DNA of 63,441 nt, counting the filler, from Thermodesulfobacteriota bacterium (GTDB lineage Bacteria > DASVDK01), in assembly GCA_036381125.1 (NCBI GenBank). It is 5 parts of 5 records of this genome, joined end to end, with 100 filler letters (N's around TTAATTAATTAA, not from the genome) between each part and the next. Parts side by side here need not be neighbours in the genome. Positions count along the whole stretch, not along the records: positions 1 to 31,914 come from DASVDK010000280.1; positions 32,015 to 44,306 come from DASVDK010000283.1; 3 more parts are not named here. One strand, given 5' to 3'. Position numbers and translations under genes: made by a program. Positions 28,238-38,317 of the stretch are shown here, in pieces. Below the pieces are notes generated by a model. It was not told the origin of the DNA. It was given only the letters and a program-made list of their open reading frames with translations, and made no database searches. Within the stretch, counting starts at the first letter, position 1. The number at the start of each line of letters is the position of its first letter.

Positions 28238-30592
28238 CTACTCCCTGACGAGCGCCGCGTTCAACCGCTCCTCGGCGGAGATGTCGGCATCGCTGTCGGG
28301 CGCGCCCTCCGGGATCTCGATCTCGACCCAGTTCACCTCACCAGTGAACTCGTGTACGGTGTGGTCGCGGGTCACCGGCGAGCCGCCGTCGCGGCCGATC
28401 TCGAGCGGCTCGTCGCTGGCGAACGGGAGCGGCTGCGTCCGCCCCACGCGCCCCTCCCCGACCGGCCGGTCGTCGACGAAGAGGCGGACGGTCCCGCCCT
28501 TCGCCGGGCCGCCGCCGTCGTAGTCGAAGTCCATCCGGACGCGGTGCGTGCCTTCCGGCAGCGGCTCGGCCCCCTCGACGTAGAAGAGGTCGATGCCGTA
28601 GAAGTTGTAGCAGTACTTGAGGCGACCGCCCTTCGCGTAGAGGGACCAGCCGCCCGGGAGGCCGCCCTGGGTCACGATCACCCCCTCGCAGCCGCCGGCC
28701 GGCACGACGACCTCGGCCGCCACGCGGTGCGACTTGTTCTTGATGCTGATCACCGAGAACGCGTTCAGCCGGCCGAGGTCCGGGTAGAGCCGCTGACGCC
28801 GTCCACGGGCGAGGACCGGACGCCCGGCGGTGTCCGGATCGGCTCGCTCGGCGCCCCGGTCGTCGAGCGGCAGGACGTTGTGCCTGGCCGCCTCGATGAG
28901 GAAGAGGCGCTTGAGCTCGCGCAGCTTCTCGGGCTCCTGCCGGGCGAGGTCGCGCGCCTGGGTCCAGTCGGTGTTCGTGTCGTACAGCTCCCAGACGTCG
29001 TCCTCGAAGTCGCGCCGCGGCCAGCCGGGGACCGGCGGGGTGTGCGCCGTGACCGCCGTCCAGCCCCGGTGGTAGATGCCGCGGTTGCCGAGGATCTCGA
29101 AGTACTGCGTCTCGTGCCGGTCGGGCGCGCCGGTGTCGTCGAAGCTGTACGCCATGCTCACCCCCTCGATCGGCTGCTGATCGACGCCGTGGACGATCAG
29201 CGGGTGCGGGAGGCCCGCGACCTCGAGGAAGGTCGGCGCCACGTCGATCACGTGGTGGAACTGGCGGCGCATCTCGCCGCGGGCCTTTATCACGCGCGGC
29301 CAGTGGACGATCAGCCCGTTGCGCGTCCCGCCCCAGTGCGAGGCGACCCGCTTCGTCCACTGGTACGGGGTGTCCATGGCGTGCGCCCAGCCGAGCGAGT
29401 ACTGGGGGTACGAATCGGGCGTGCCGAACGAGTCGAGACGCTCGCGGAGGAACTCGGGCGTCTCGACGTCGACCATCCCGGTCATCGTCAGTGACTCGTT
29501 CCACGTCCCGTTGATGGTCCCCTCCCCGGAGGCGCCGTTGTCGCCGGTGATGACGTAGATCAGGGTGTCGTCGAGCGCGCCGAGCCTCTCGATGGCGTCG
29601 ACCACCCGGCCGATGCAGGAGTCGGTGTGCTCGAGGAACGCGGCGTAGAGCTCCATCTGGCGGGCCAGCACCGGCTTCATCTCGTCGGGGACGTCGCGCC
29701 AGGCCGGGATGCCCTGCGGGCGGGGCGTCAGCTCGCAGTCGGGCGGAACGATGCCGAGCTGCTTCTGTCGCGCGAACGTCTCCTCGCGCACCACGTCCCA
29801 GCCCCTGTCGAACGCGCCGCGATAGCGGTCGCGCCAGCCGCCCGGGACGTGGATGGGCGCGTGCGTGGCGCCCGGCACGAAGTAGAGGAAGAACGGCCTG
29901 TCCGGCACGAGCCCCCGCTGCTGGCCGAGCCAGCGGCACGCCCTCGTCGCGAGGTCCTCGGTGAGGTGGTATCCCTCCTCCGGCGTCCTGTCCGGCTCGA
30001 CGGGGTTCGTGCCCTCCGTGAGGCTCGGGTAGAACTGGCTCGTCTCGCCGCCGATGAAGCCGTAGAAGTACTCGAAGCCGCTGCCGGTCGGCCAGCGGTC
30101 GAAGGGGCCCATCGGGCCCCACTCCCACGTCGGCGCCTCGTGGCACTTGCCGAACTGCGCCGTGGAGTACCCGTTCAGCCGCAGCACCTCGGCGATCGTC
30201 GCCGCCGTGTTCGGCCGGCGCGAGGTATAGCCCGGTGCCGCCGTGGCCATGTCGGAGACGAGACCCATCCCCACCGAGTGGTGATTGCGGCCCGTCAGGA
30301 GCGCCTGCCGCGTCGGGGAGCACAGCGCCGTCGTGTGGAACCGGGTGTAACGCAGGCCATCGGCCGCGAGCCGTTCGAACGTCGGCGTCCGGCACGGGCC
30401 TCCGAACGCGCTGTTCGATCCGAAGCCTGCGTCGTCGAGCAGGACGAGGAAGACGTTCGGCGCGCCCGCCGGCGGGCGCAGCGGCTCGATCGGCTCGTAC
30501 CTGGCATGCGGGTCCCTGGCGTCGTACGTCGTCGGGCCGGCGTACGGGCGGTCCGGGATCGGAAGGACCTCGCGCGGGATAGTGCTGGCCAC
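28238..30592 (-). CDS. Arylsulfatase with C-terminal LamG-like domain
   Basis: LLDDAGFG, CSPTRQALLTGR formylglycine motif, GDNG; GTG start after AAGGAGG. Confidence 0.92.
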   Translation of the reverse strand: MASTIPREVLPIPDRPYAGPTTYDARDPHARYEPIEPLRPPAGAPNVFLVLLDDAGFGSNSAFGGPCRTPTFERLAADGLRYTRFHTTALCSPTRQALLTGRNHHSVGMGLVSDMATAAPGYTSRRPNTAATIAEVLRLNGYSTAQFGKCHEAPTWEWGPMGPFDRWPTGSGFEYFYGFIGGETSQFYPSLTEGTNPVEPDRTPEEGYHLTEDLATRACRWLGQQRGLVPDRPFFLYFVPGATHAPIHVPGGWRDRYRGAFDRGWDVVREETFARQKQLGIVPPDCELTPRPQGIPAWRDVPDEMKPVLARQMELYAAFLEHTDSCIGRVVDAIERLGALDDTLIYVITGDNGASGEGTINGTWNESLTMTGMVDVETPEFLRERLDSFGTPDSYPQYSLGWAHAMDTPYQWTKRVASHWGGTRNGLIVHWPRVIKARGEMRRQFHHVIDVAPTFLEVAGLPHPLIVHGVDQQPIEGVSMAYSFDDTGAPDRHETQYFEILGNRGIYHRGWTAVTAHTPPVPGWPRRDFEDDVWELYDTNTDWTQARDLARQEPEKLRELKRLFLIEAARHNVLPLDDRGAERADPDTAGRPVLARGRRQRLYPDLGRLNAFSVISIKNKSHRVAAEVVVPAGGCEGVIVTQGGLPGGWSLYAKGGRLKYCYNFYGIDLFYVEGAEPLPEGTHRVRMDFDYDGGGPAKGGTVRLFVDDRPVGEGRVGRTQPLPFASDEPLEIGRDGGSPVTRDHTVHEFTGEVNWVEIEIPEGAPDSDADISAEERLNAALVRE

Positions 30593-30719
30593 GGCTGGCC
30601 TCCTTGCATCGGGGCAATGACGCGCATCGCAGGGCGCGCGCCGAGCACCCGTCCGGAACCGGCGGGTTGCGGCCGTCCGTTCGACGACGCACGACTCGCC
30701 GATCGAGAGGATGTTCCCG

Positions 30720-31205
30720 CCCACGAGCCCACGTTGATGCCGAGCAGCCCGGTGACGAGCGGTCTACGCCGCCCGCCGGCCCGCGGCGCGCCTGCCGGCC
30801 TCCGTTGCCGCGCGTCCTGCCGCCCGCCTGCGCAGCCACCACGCCGCCGGGAAGAGAATGGCGAAGCCCACCAGGGACGAGACGACGACCATGCCTTGCC
30901 CATGATCGGCTCGAGGCGCCCCGCCCAGCCCGGGGACCGTGCCCTGACGAACAGGCCGACGGCGAACGGCAGGAGCATCGCGAGGACGAGCGGCCTGCCG
31001 ATGGCGCCCGCGCTCACGGCGACGTCGGGCACCGCCAGCGGCACGACGAGGGGCATGTACACGATGGTGACCGGCAACGGGAGCACGAGCAGGGTGGCGG
31101 CGAGCGCCAGGTCGCCCTCGGCCGCCTCGGTCAGCTTGATCAGGAACGGCGCGCCGGCCGCCGTCGCGATCAGGATCAGGCCGACCTCGATGAGCGGACC
31201 TCTCA
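30720..31205 (-). pseudogene. Bile acid:sodium symporter family fragment
   Basis: GLILIATAAGAPFLIKL...GDLALAA..TIVYMPLVVP; lacks N-terminus and breaks down after IMGKA. Confidence 0.6.
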
Positions 31206-31265
31206 TGAGCGGGCGTGCGACGAGCATGCCCCGATCGAGGAATCCGCGCGGGCGGCGGCCGGCAT

Positions 31266-31914
31266 CTATCGCCCCCGACCGACACTCCGGGGTCGCCTCG
31301 TGATGTCGATGTCGGCCGCCCCCTCTTCGCCCGAGAGACACGCTTCCTCGACCTGGATCGTCGAGAAGTACACGTCGAAGCGGCGCCTCAGCCGTCGGTC
31401 GCCTCGCGCAGGGCCCGCTCGCCGTCTTCCGCGAAGCGCCGAACGCAGACGTGTCCGGAAAAGAGGGTGCGCCCCGAGGTCAGGCTCCAGGCGTGGACGT
31501 GGTGGACGTCCGTGACGCCCTCGAGGCTCCGCAGGGCCTCGATCGCCCCGTCGAGGTCGAAGTCCCTCGGCGTCCCCTGCAGGAGGATCCGCAGGGCCGA
31601 GCGGAGGATGCTCCACGAGGCCCAGAAGAGCGCGAGGCCGAAGGCCATGCCGAGGAGGGGGTCGATCGCGAGGAAGCCGGTTAGCCGGATCACCACCGCC
31701 GAGACGACGATGATCAGGCTGCCGACGAAGGTCTGGACGATGTGCCAGAAGGCCCCCTTCATGTTCAGGTTGCCCTTCTGGCGCTCGTAGAGGAGCCGGA
31801 AGGCGATCAGCTCCGTGGCGATCCCGCCGAAGGCCGTGTACAGCATCACCGTCGTCGGCAGCTCGATCGGCGCTCTCAGGCGCATGGCGCCCATCCAGAG
31901 CACGTACGCCGCCA
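31266..31914 (-). pseudogene. Cation diffusion facilitator (CzcD-like), 5'-partial, frameshift near 31392
   Basis: NLNMKGAFWH, IDPLLG, LLQGTP, DVHHVHAWSLTSG; C-terminus (FDVYFSTIQVE) continues in another frame. Confidence 0.75.
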
Positions 31915-32014
31915 NNNNNNNNNNNNNNNNNNNNNNNNNNNNNNNNNNNNNNNNNNNNTTAATTAATTAANNNNNNNNNNNNNNNNNNNNNNNNNNNNNN
32001 NNNNNNNNNNNNNN
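31915..32014. other. Artificial contig linker
   Basis: N-run containing TTAATTAATTAA (stops in all six frames). Confidence 0.99.
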
Positions 32015-33283
32015 GGCACGCAGCTGGCCATCAAGGAGATCAACGAGGGCAAGACGCTGGCCGGCGGCGTGCAGGGTCCAGGCGGCCCCGGCGTCTTCGC
32101 GAAGCTCGCGGCCGAGCCGCCGACCGAGAACATCAAGCAGACCGTGAGCCGGGGCGGCAACCCGACGAAGGACGACGTCGTCTGGGACGAGGCGGACGAC
32201 TACCTCGTCGACTCGGGCGAGAAGGGGGTCCTCGGCCGCCAGATCACGCTCGTCGCCCCCGACCCGCAGTCCGACAACCAGCAGTTCCAGGCCCTGTCGC
32301 GGCGCCTGATCCTCGACGAGAAGGTCGACGTGGTCATGGCGGGGTTCGCCAGCGCCGAGCGCGAGGCGATCCGCCCGATCATGAACCAGAACAAGATGCT
32401 CTACTTCTACAACAACCAGTACGAGGGGGGCGTCGCCGACAAGTACACGTTCTGCACGGGCGCGCTCCCCGAGCAGCAGATCGTCCCGGTCATGCAGTAC
32501 ATGGTGCGGACGTTCGGCAAGCGGATCTACACGCTGGCGGCCGACTACAACTTCGGCCAGCTCTCGGCCGCCTGGACGCGCGCCTTCGCCCCCATCCTCG
32601 GCGCCGAGGTCATCGGCGAGGAGTTCATCCCGCTCTCGGTCTCGCAGTTCAGCTCGAGCATCGCGCGCATCCAGCAGGCGAAGCCCGACTGGCTCATGAT
32701 GTACATCACGGGGCAGAACCATTCGAACTACTACCCACAGGCCAACGCCGCCGGCATCAAGCTGCCGATGGGCTCGAGCATCAACATCGCCCAGGGCTAC
32801 GAGCACCGGCGCTTCAAGGCGCCGGCCCTCGCGCGCTTCCACGTGACCGCGAGCTACATGGAGGAGATCCCGACTCCGCGCAACCGGAAATTCGTCGAGC
32901 GGTGGCGCCAGATGTTCCCCGACGAGCCCTACCTCGCGATGGAAGGGCACAGCGCGTACGTCGCGACCCACCTCTACGCCAAGGCGGTGCGGCTCGCCGG
33001 CTCGACGGACAAGGAGGCCGTCATCGCCGCGCTCGAGTCCGGCATCGGCGTGGAGGCGCCGGCCGGCTGGGTGTTCATGGACCCCGCCACCCACTCGCTG
33101 AGCCAGTACATCCGGCTTGCCCGCTGCGACGAGAGCCACAACATCACGTTCGTGACCGAGTGGCCCTACATCGAGCCGTGGTGGACGCGCCGCCTCGGCG
33201 TCAACCTCGTCCGGCGCCCGGAGTCGAAGCAGTACATCCCGGACGAGGACCCGTTCTTCAAGAAGTTCCTGAAGAAGGCCTGA
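32015..33283 (+). CDS. Urea/amide ABC substrate-binding protein (UrtA/AmiC family), 5'-partial
   Basis: LAIKEIN, SAEREAIRP, YNNQYEGG, ADYNFGQ. Confidence 0.85.
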   Translation, partial: GTQLAIKEINEGKTLAGGVQGPGGPGVFAKLAAEPPTENIKQTVSRGGNPTKDDVVWDEADDYLVDSGEKGVLGRQITLVAPDPQSDNQQFQALSRRLILDEKVDVVMAGFASAEREAIRPIMNQNKMLYFYNNQYEGGVADKYTFCTGALPEQQIVPVMQYMVRTFGKRIYTLAADYNFGQLSAAWTRAFAPILGAEVIGEEFIPLSVSQFSSSIARIQQAKPDWLMMYITGQNHSNYYPQANAAGIKLPMGSSINIAQGYEHRRFKAPALARFHVTASYMEEIPTPRNRKFVERWRQMFPDEPYLAMEGHSAYVATHLYAKAVRLAGSTDKEAVIAALESGIGVEAPAGWVFMDPATHSLSQYIRLARCDESHNITFVTEWPYIEPWWTRRLGVNLVRRPESKQYIPDEDPFFKKFLKKA

Positions 33284-33353
33284 GAACCTTCACAGCGCGA
33301 GCCGGCGACCCTCGGCGGCGGCCGAGCGCCGCCGGCTCGGAGGCCGCGGTCGC

Positions 33354-34253
33354 ATGAGCCTGCCGCAGGTGGTGAGCCTGCTCTACCAGTACGCCGACAG
33401 CATGGCCCTCCTGCTGCTGGCGGCCCTCGGGTTGATGATCATCCTCGGCGTCGTCGACGTGATCAACCTCGCCCACGGCGAGCTGATCATGATGGGCGCC
33501 TACGTCACGACGCTCGCCTACAACCGCGCGGGGCTGCCCCTGCCGGTCTGCGTCGTCGCGGCGGCCGTCGGCGTCGGCCTCTTCGGCCTCCTCCTCGAGC
33601 GGACGGTCATCCGACGGTTCTACCGGGACCGGATCGGGGCGCTGGTGGCGACCTGGGGGGTGAGCCTCATCCTCAGCCAGGGGGCGCTGCTCGTCTTCGG
33701 CCCCTCGATGGCGTCGGTCCCCCTGCCCGCCTGGACGCTCTCGTACGGCGGGTACTCGTTCGGCGGCTACCGGCTCCTCCTCTTCGGCGTGGCGGTGCTC
33801 GTCGTCGTCGCCGCCTGGTGGGTCCTCTACCGCACCCGGCTCGGCATCCGGACCCGCGCGACCATGCAGAACGCCGAGGTGGCGCGGGCCCTGGGCGTGG
33901 ATACCCGCCGCGTCTACCTCGGCACCTTCGGCGTCGGTGCGGCCCTCGCCGGGCTCACCGGCGCGCTCTATGCGCCGACGACCACCATCGTGCCCCTCAT
34001 GGGCACGACCTTCGTCGACGTCGCGTTCATCACCGTCGTCGTGGGCGGCGGCGCCAACCCGGTGGCGGGCGCCATCCTGAGCGCCGCCCTCCTCTCCCTC
34101 GTCGCCACGCCGCTCGCGAGCGTCTGGGGGACCTTCATCGGGCGCATCGGGCTGCTCGTCGCGGCGCTCGTCGTCATCCGGTTCCTGCCGCGCGGGCTCT
34201 CGGGCTACCTCCAGGACCGGGAGCGGCGCCGGATGGCGCGAGCGGCGGCCTGA
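33354..34253 (+). CDS. HAAT-family ABC permease (UrtB/LivH-like)
   Basis: VINLAHGELIMMGAY, RTRLGIRTRA, FITVVVGG. Confidence 0.9.
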   Translation: MSLPQVVSLLYQYADSMALLLLAALGLMIILGVVDVINLAHGELIMMGAYVTTLAYNRAGLPLPVCVVAAAVGVGLFGLLLERTVIRRFYRDRIGALVATWGVSLILSQGALLVFGPSMASVPLPAWTLSYGGYSFGGYRLLLFGVAVLVVVAAWWVLYRTRLGIRTRATMQNAEVARALGVDTRRVYLGTFGVGAALAGLTGALYAPTTTIVPLMGTTFVDVAFITVVVGGGANPVAGAILSAALLSLVATPLASVWGTFIGRIGLLVAALVVIRFLPRGLSGYLQDRERRRMARAAA

Positions 34254-34263
34254 GGGGGCGCGG

Positions 34264-35298
34264 GTGCGGGCGTTCTGGCGCCGGCTCGACGGGCCGGCCG
34301 AGATCGGACGGGGGCCGCTCTTCTGGGCGCTGTTCCTGCTGGCGGCCGCGGCGCTCCTGGCCTACCCGGCCGTCGGGTCGGTCTTCGCGATGTCCAACTT
34401 CGCGAACTTCGCGCTGTACGTGCCCATGGGGCTCGGCCTCGGGCTCCTCTGGGGCTACGGCGGCATCCTCAGCTTCGGGCAGGCGGCCTTCTTCGGGATC
34501 GCCGGGTACGTCTACGGAATCATCGCGGGGAACCTCGTCGACAGCCCGTGGGGCACCCTCGCGGCCGCCGTCGGGGGCGTGGCGGCTTCGGTGGTCGTGG
34601 CCGCCGCGTTCGCCTACTTCGTCTTCTACGGCCAGGTCAGCAACTGGATCATCCCGCTGCTCACCCTCGTCCTCTCGCTCATCCTCGAGACGTTCATGGC
34701 CCAGACGGCCGGCTACCAGTGGCGCGTCGGGTCGGTCCTCCTCGGCGGCTACAACGGCATGACCGGCATCCCGTCCCTGGAGATCGCCGGCGTCCAGTTC
34801 GGCGGCGCGGCGCCGGCCTTCTACTTCCTCGTGGTGGGCGTCCTCCTCGCGACCTACGTCGGCCTGCGGCTCTTCGTGAACGCCCACGCCGGCCACGTCG
34901 TGCTCGGCATCCGCGACGACGTCGAGCGGACGCGGCTCCTCGGCTACAACGTCAACCTCGTCCAGGTGGCCGTCTTCACGCTCGCCGCCGGCCTGGCCGG
35001 CGTCTCCGGCGTCCTGTACGTCTCCTGGGGCAACTACGTCAACCCCGCCACGATGGGGCTGCTCTCCGCCACGGTCCCGGTCATCTGGACCGCCGTCGGC
35101 GGCCGGGGCAGCCTCCTGGCCGTGCTGCTCTCGACGCTCGCCCTCCGATGGCTCGCCGACGCCCTCGCCGTGCGGGGGGGCGAGTATGCCTTCCTGATCC
35201 TCGGCGCGCTCCTCCTCGCGACGATGCTCTTCTTCCCGAACGGCATCGTGGTGACGCTGGCGAAGGCCCTCTCGCGCCCCTCGGGGGGGCGGCCGTGA
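34264..35298 (+). CDS. HAAT-family ABC permease (UrtC/LivM-like)
   Basis: WGYGGILSFGQAAFFGIAGY, IRDD.ER..LGY, IWTAVGGRGSL. Confidence 0.9.
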   Translation: MRAFWRRLDGPAEIGRGPLFWALFLLAAAALLAYPAVGSVFAMSNFANFALYVPMGLGLGLLWGYGGILSFGQAAFFGIAGYVYGIIAGNLVDSPWGTLAAAVGGVAASVVVAAAFAYFVFYGQVSNWIIPLLTLVLSLILETFMAQTAGYQWRVGSVLLGGYNGMTGIPSLEIAGVQFGGAAPAFYFLVVGVLLATYVGLRLFVNAHAGHVVLGIRDDVERTRLLGYNVNLVQVAVFTLAAGLAGVSGVLYVSWGNYVNPATMGLLSATVPVIWTAVGGRGSLLAVLLSTLALRWLADALAVRGGEYAFLILGALLLATMLFFPNGIVVTLAKALSRPSGGRP

Positions 35299-36008
35299 AG
35301 GGCGGCGGCCCGATCCTTCGCGTCGAGGACCTCACCAAGGCCTTCGGCGGCGTCCGCGCCGTCGACCACCTCAGCCTCGCCGTGCCGCACGGCGAGCTGC
35401 GGTGCCTGATCGGGCCCAACGGCGCCGGGAAGTCGACCCTGTTCGGTCTGCTCTCGGGCATACACCGGCCCGACGCCGGCCGGATCGACTTCAAGGGCGA
35501 GACCATCACGCACCTGCCGCCGTTCAGGCGGGTCCGCAAGGGCCTCTGCCAGAAGTTCCAGACGACCCGCGTCTACCGCGGCCTCACGGTCGGGCAGAAC
35601 CTGCTCATCGCCCGCGGGCGGCGCGGCGAGACCAACGGGCGGCTCGCCTTCGCGCTCTCGCGCCTGTCGCTCGCCGACCGCACCGAGACGCTCGCCGGCG
35701 CGCTCCCCCACAGCGAGCAGCAGTGGCTCGAGATCTGCCTCGCCCTCGCCACCGAGCCCGACCTCCTCCTGCTCGACGAGCCGACCGCCGGGATGACGCC
35801 GCAGGAGACGAGCCTCACCGCGGACTTCGTCCTCGAGCTGAACCGCCAGGGGGTGACCGTCCTCGTCGTCGAGCACGACATGGCGTTCGTCCGACGGGTC
35901 GCGAGCCGCGTGACGGTTCTGCACTACGGGCGGATCTTCGCCGAGGGGAGCCTCGAGGACATCGAGGCGAACCAGGAGGTGCGGCGCATCTACCTGGGGG
36001 AGGAGTAG
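35295..36008 (+). CDS. ABC ATP-binding protein (UrtD/LivG-like)
   Basis: IGPNGAGKST, QQWLEI, LLDEPTAGM, VVEHDM; GTGA overlap. Confidence 0.92.
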   Translation: MKGGGPILRVEDLTKAFGGVRAVDHLSLAVPHGELRCLIGPNGAGKSTLFGLLSGIHRPDAGRIDFKGETITHLPPFRRVRKGLCQKFQTTRVYRGLTVGQNLLIARGRRGETNGRLAFALSRLSLADRTETLAGALPHSEQQWLEICLALATEPDLLLLDEPTAGMTPQETSLTADFVLELNRQGVTVLVVEHDMAFVRRVASRVTVLHYGRIFAEGSLEDIEANQEVRRIYLGEE

Positions 36009-36010
36009 CG

Positions 36011-36721
36011 ATGGCGACGGCCCTCCTCGAGGTCGAGGACGTCAGGGCCGGCTACGGGAGCGGCGACATCTTGCAGGGCGTGACGCTGCGGATCGAGGCC
36101 GGCGAGACGGTGGCCGTCGTCGGCCGCAACGGGGTCGGCAAGACGACGCTGATGCGCACCCTGATCGGCATCCTCCCGGCGCGCACGGGCGACGTCCGCC
36201 TCGACGGCGAGAGCCTGGTGCGCCTGACCTCCGATCGCTGGGCCGCGCGCGGGATCGGGTACGTGCCCCAGGGACGCGAGATCTTCCCCGAGCTGACCGT
36301 CGAGGAGAACCTGGTCATGGGGGAGACGATCAACCGGGCGAAGGCCCGGCCGCGCTACGACCTGGTCTACGCGTACTTCCCGATCCTCGGCGAGCGGCGC
36401 CGGCAAGTCGCCGGCACGTTCAGCGGCGGGCAGCAGCAGATGCTCGCCATCGCACGCGCGCTCGTGGGCAGCCCGCGCCTCCTCCTCCTGGACGAGCCGT
36501 CCGTCGGGATCCAGCCCTCGATCATCCAGGAGATCGGCCGGGCCCTGAAGCGCCTCCGGGTCGAGGAGCGCCTCACGGTCCTCCTCGTGGAGCAGAACAC
36601 CTCCCTCATCGCGCAGGTGGCCGATCGCGGCTACGCGATGGACAAGGGCCGGATCGTCGCGTCGCTCGGCGGCGACGACCTGCGCGACCGCGAGCGGCTC
36701 GTCCGGTACCTGGCTGTCTAG
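36011..36721 (+). CDS. ABC ATP-binding protein (UrtE/LivF-like)
   Basis: GRNGVGKTT, YVPQGREIFP, LDEPSVGIQPSI. Confidence 0.92.
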   Translation: MATALLEVEDVRAGYGSGDILQGVTLRIEAGETVAVVGRNGVGKTTLMRTLIGILPARTGDVRLDGESLVRLTSDRWAARGIGYVPQGREIFPELTVEENLVMGETINRAKARPRYDLVYAYFPILGERRRQVAGTFSGGQQQMLAIARALVGSPRLLLLDEPSVGIQPSIIQEIGRALKRLRVEERLTVLLVEQNTSLIAQVADRGYAMDKGRIVASLGGDDLRDRERLVRYLAV

Positions 36722-36917
36722 GCTGTCCAGGGTCGCATTCGTGTCGACACCTCGACCCTCGACGCAAGGGGACCGCCTGCCCTGTCTCGCCCTGCGTCGG
36801 TTCCCGACCCAGGGACACACACCGGCGTCGCTCTTCCGGGGCGCGGTACCGCCCGAGGAGTCACCTCATCGCCCACGCTCGGACGATGTGCGGAGTGTCA
36901 ACCCGTGGCAAACGAGC

Positions 36918-36967
36918 GGGGTCAGCCCCCCCGTGTGCCGGTCTGGAAAATGGAAAGACCTGACCCC
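36918..36967 (+). repeat. Third 24-bp REP-like copy within a GGGGTCAG...CTGACCCC inverted pair
   Basis: GGGGTCAG at 36918-36925; TGGAAAATGGAAAGACCTGACCCC at 36944-36967; between convergent genes. Confidence 0.85.
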
Positions 36968-36978
36968 ATCCGGCCCGG

Positions 36979-38229
36979 CTAGACGCCGGCGCGGGCCCGG
37001 TCGCCGAAGGCCGCCGCGAGCCGACGGAGCCGTCCGTGCGCCCCGCCGAGGAGGGGCCCTCGCGTGCGGAGGTGGCGTTTGGGCATCCTGGCGAGGATCG
37101 TGTAGTTGGTGTCCACGACGTTCGCCACGTGCGTGCGGGCCGTCTGCGAGACGAGCTGGTACGCATCCATGAGGGAGAGGCCGCAGTCGGCGGCCACCCA
37201 CCGCACCATCTGGGTGAAGGCGATCCGATAGGCGTCCTCGAGGGGCCGGTAGCTGCCGGCGGTCATGACGTACTCGTCGTCCTCGAGGCGGGGCCACTCG
37301 ACGAACGTGCCCTTGATCACGTCCACGACGAGGCTCACGTGCATCGGCCCCTCGACGGCGACCCCGCAGAGCTCGCCCTCGCTCTGCGCGTAGTGGCCGT
37401 CGCCGATGCTGAAGAGGGCCCCCGGCACGTTGACGCCGAGGTAGAGGGTCGTGCCGGCGCGCGCCTCGGGCGTGTCCATGTTGCCGCCGAAGGACTCGGG
37501 CACGAGCACGTTGCGCGCCTCCATGGCCTTCGGCGCCACGCCGATCGTCCCGAGGAACGGCGTGAGGGGGATCGGCACCTGGTAGTCCGAGTCGTTCGCG
37601 CGGTAGAGGACCGTCCGCTCTCGGCGGTCCACCCGGTAGATCCAGACCCGCTCGGGGAGGGTCGGGTTGAGGAGCTGCGTGTAGTGGGTGGCGGTGAGGC
37701 CGCCGAAGAGGGGGATCGTCGTGCTCGCCCCCTGCTCGCCCGCCGGCTGCACGTCGATCAGGTGGATGGCCAGCGTGTCGCCCACCTCGGCCCCTTCCAC
37801 GTAGAAGGGACCGGTCTGGGGGTTGACGAAGGGGTACGTGAGGACCTTCGAGGGGAGGTCGCCCGGCGTGCGGATGCGGCCGGCGAACGCGTCCTCGGTC
37901 CAGAGCTTGAGGAGGGAGCGAGGCCGGACGTGCATGACCGGCGGCACGCCGCCGAAGGTCCAGGCGTACTGCTCTTCACGGGGCGTGAACGTGACGACCT
38001 CGGCGGCTGCGGCGACGTCCGCCGCCTCGGGCTCGGGCGGCGGGGCGGGTGGGGCCGGCGGGCTCACGCCGGCCACGAGGCCGGTGTCCGGGGTGTTGAG
38101 CCAGGCGTAGGCGTCCCGGCCGCGGCCGAGGGCAGTCGCGGCCTCGAGGAACGCCTCGCGGGAGATCGTGCCGTCGAGGAAGCGGGACTTGAGCGACTCG
38201 AAGCCGACGGCGCTGTCGCGGTCCGGCAT
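36979..38229 (-). CDS. Acetamidase/formamidase family protein with N-terminal extension
   Basis: NPQTGPFYVEGAE.GD, PFLGTIGVAP, GGNMD, GDGHYAQSEGE..G.AVE. Confidence 0.9.
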   Translation of the reverse strand: MPDRDSAVGFESLKSRFLDGTISREAFLEAATALGRGRDAYAWLNTPDTGLVAGVSPPAPPAPPPEPEAADVAAAAEVVTFTPREEQYAWTFGGVPPVMHVRPRSLLKLWTEDAFAGRIRTPGDLPSKVLTYPFVNPQTGPFYVEGAEVGDTLAIHLIDVQPAGEQGASTTIPLFGGLTATHYTQLLNPTLPERVWIYRVDRRERTVLYRANDSDYQVPIPLTPFLGTIGVAPKAMEARNVLVPESFGGNMDTPEARAGTTLYLGVNVPGALFSIGDGHYAQSEGELCGVAVEGPMHVSLVVDVIKGTFVEWPRLEDDEYVMTAGSYRPLEDAYRIAFTQMVRWVAADCGLSLMDAYQLVSQTARTHVANVVDTNYTILARMPKRHLRTRGPLLGGAHGRLRRLAAAFGDRARAGV

Positions 38230-38317
38230 GTCGTGCTCCCGGTTGATCGTCCGCGATGATCTTACCGTCCCGAGACGCACGGTGCGCGGCGTCGCCGGGC
38301 GAGCGAGCGGTCGGCTG

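Noticed and set aside
36872-36882. CCCACGCTCGG matching the tRNA-Thr 3' end as an attR site
   Set aside because: Only 11 nt, GC-rich, on a different contig; compatible with chance
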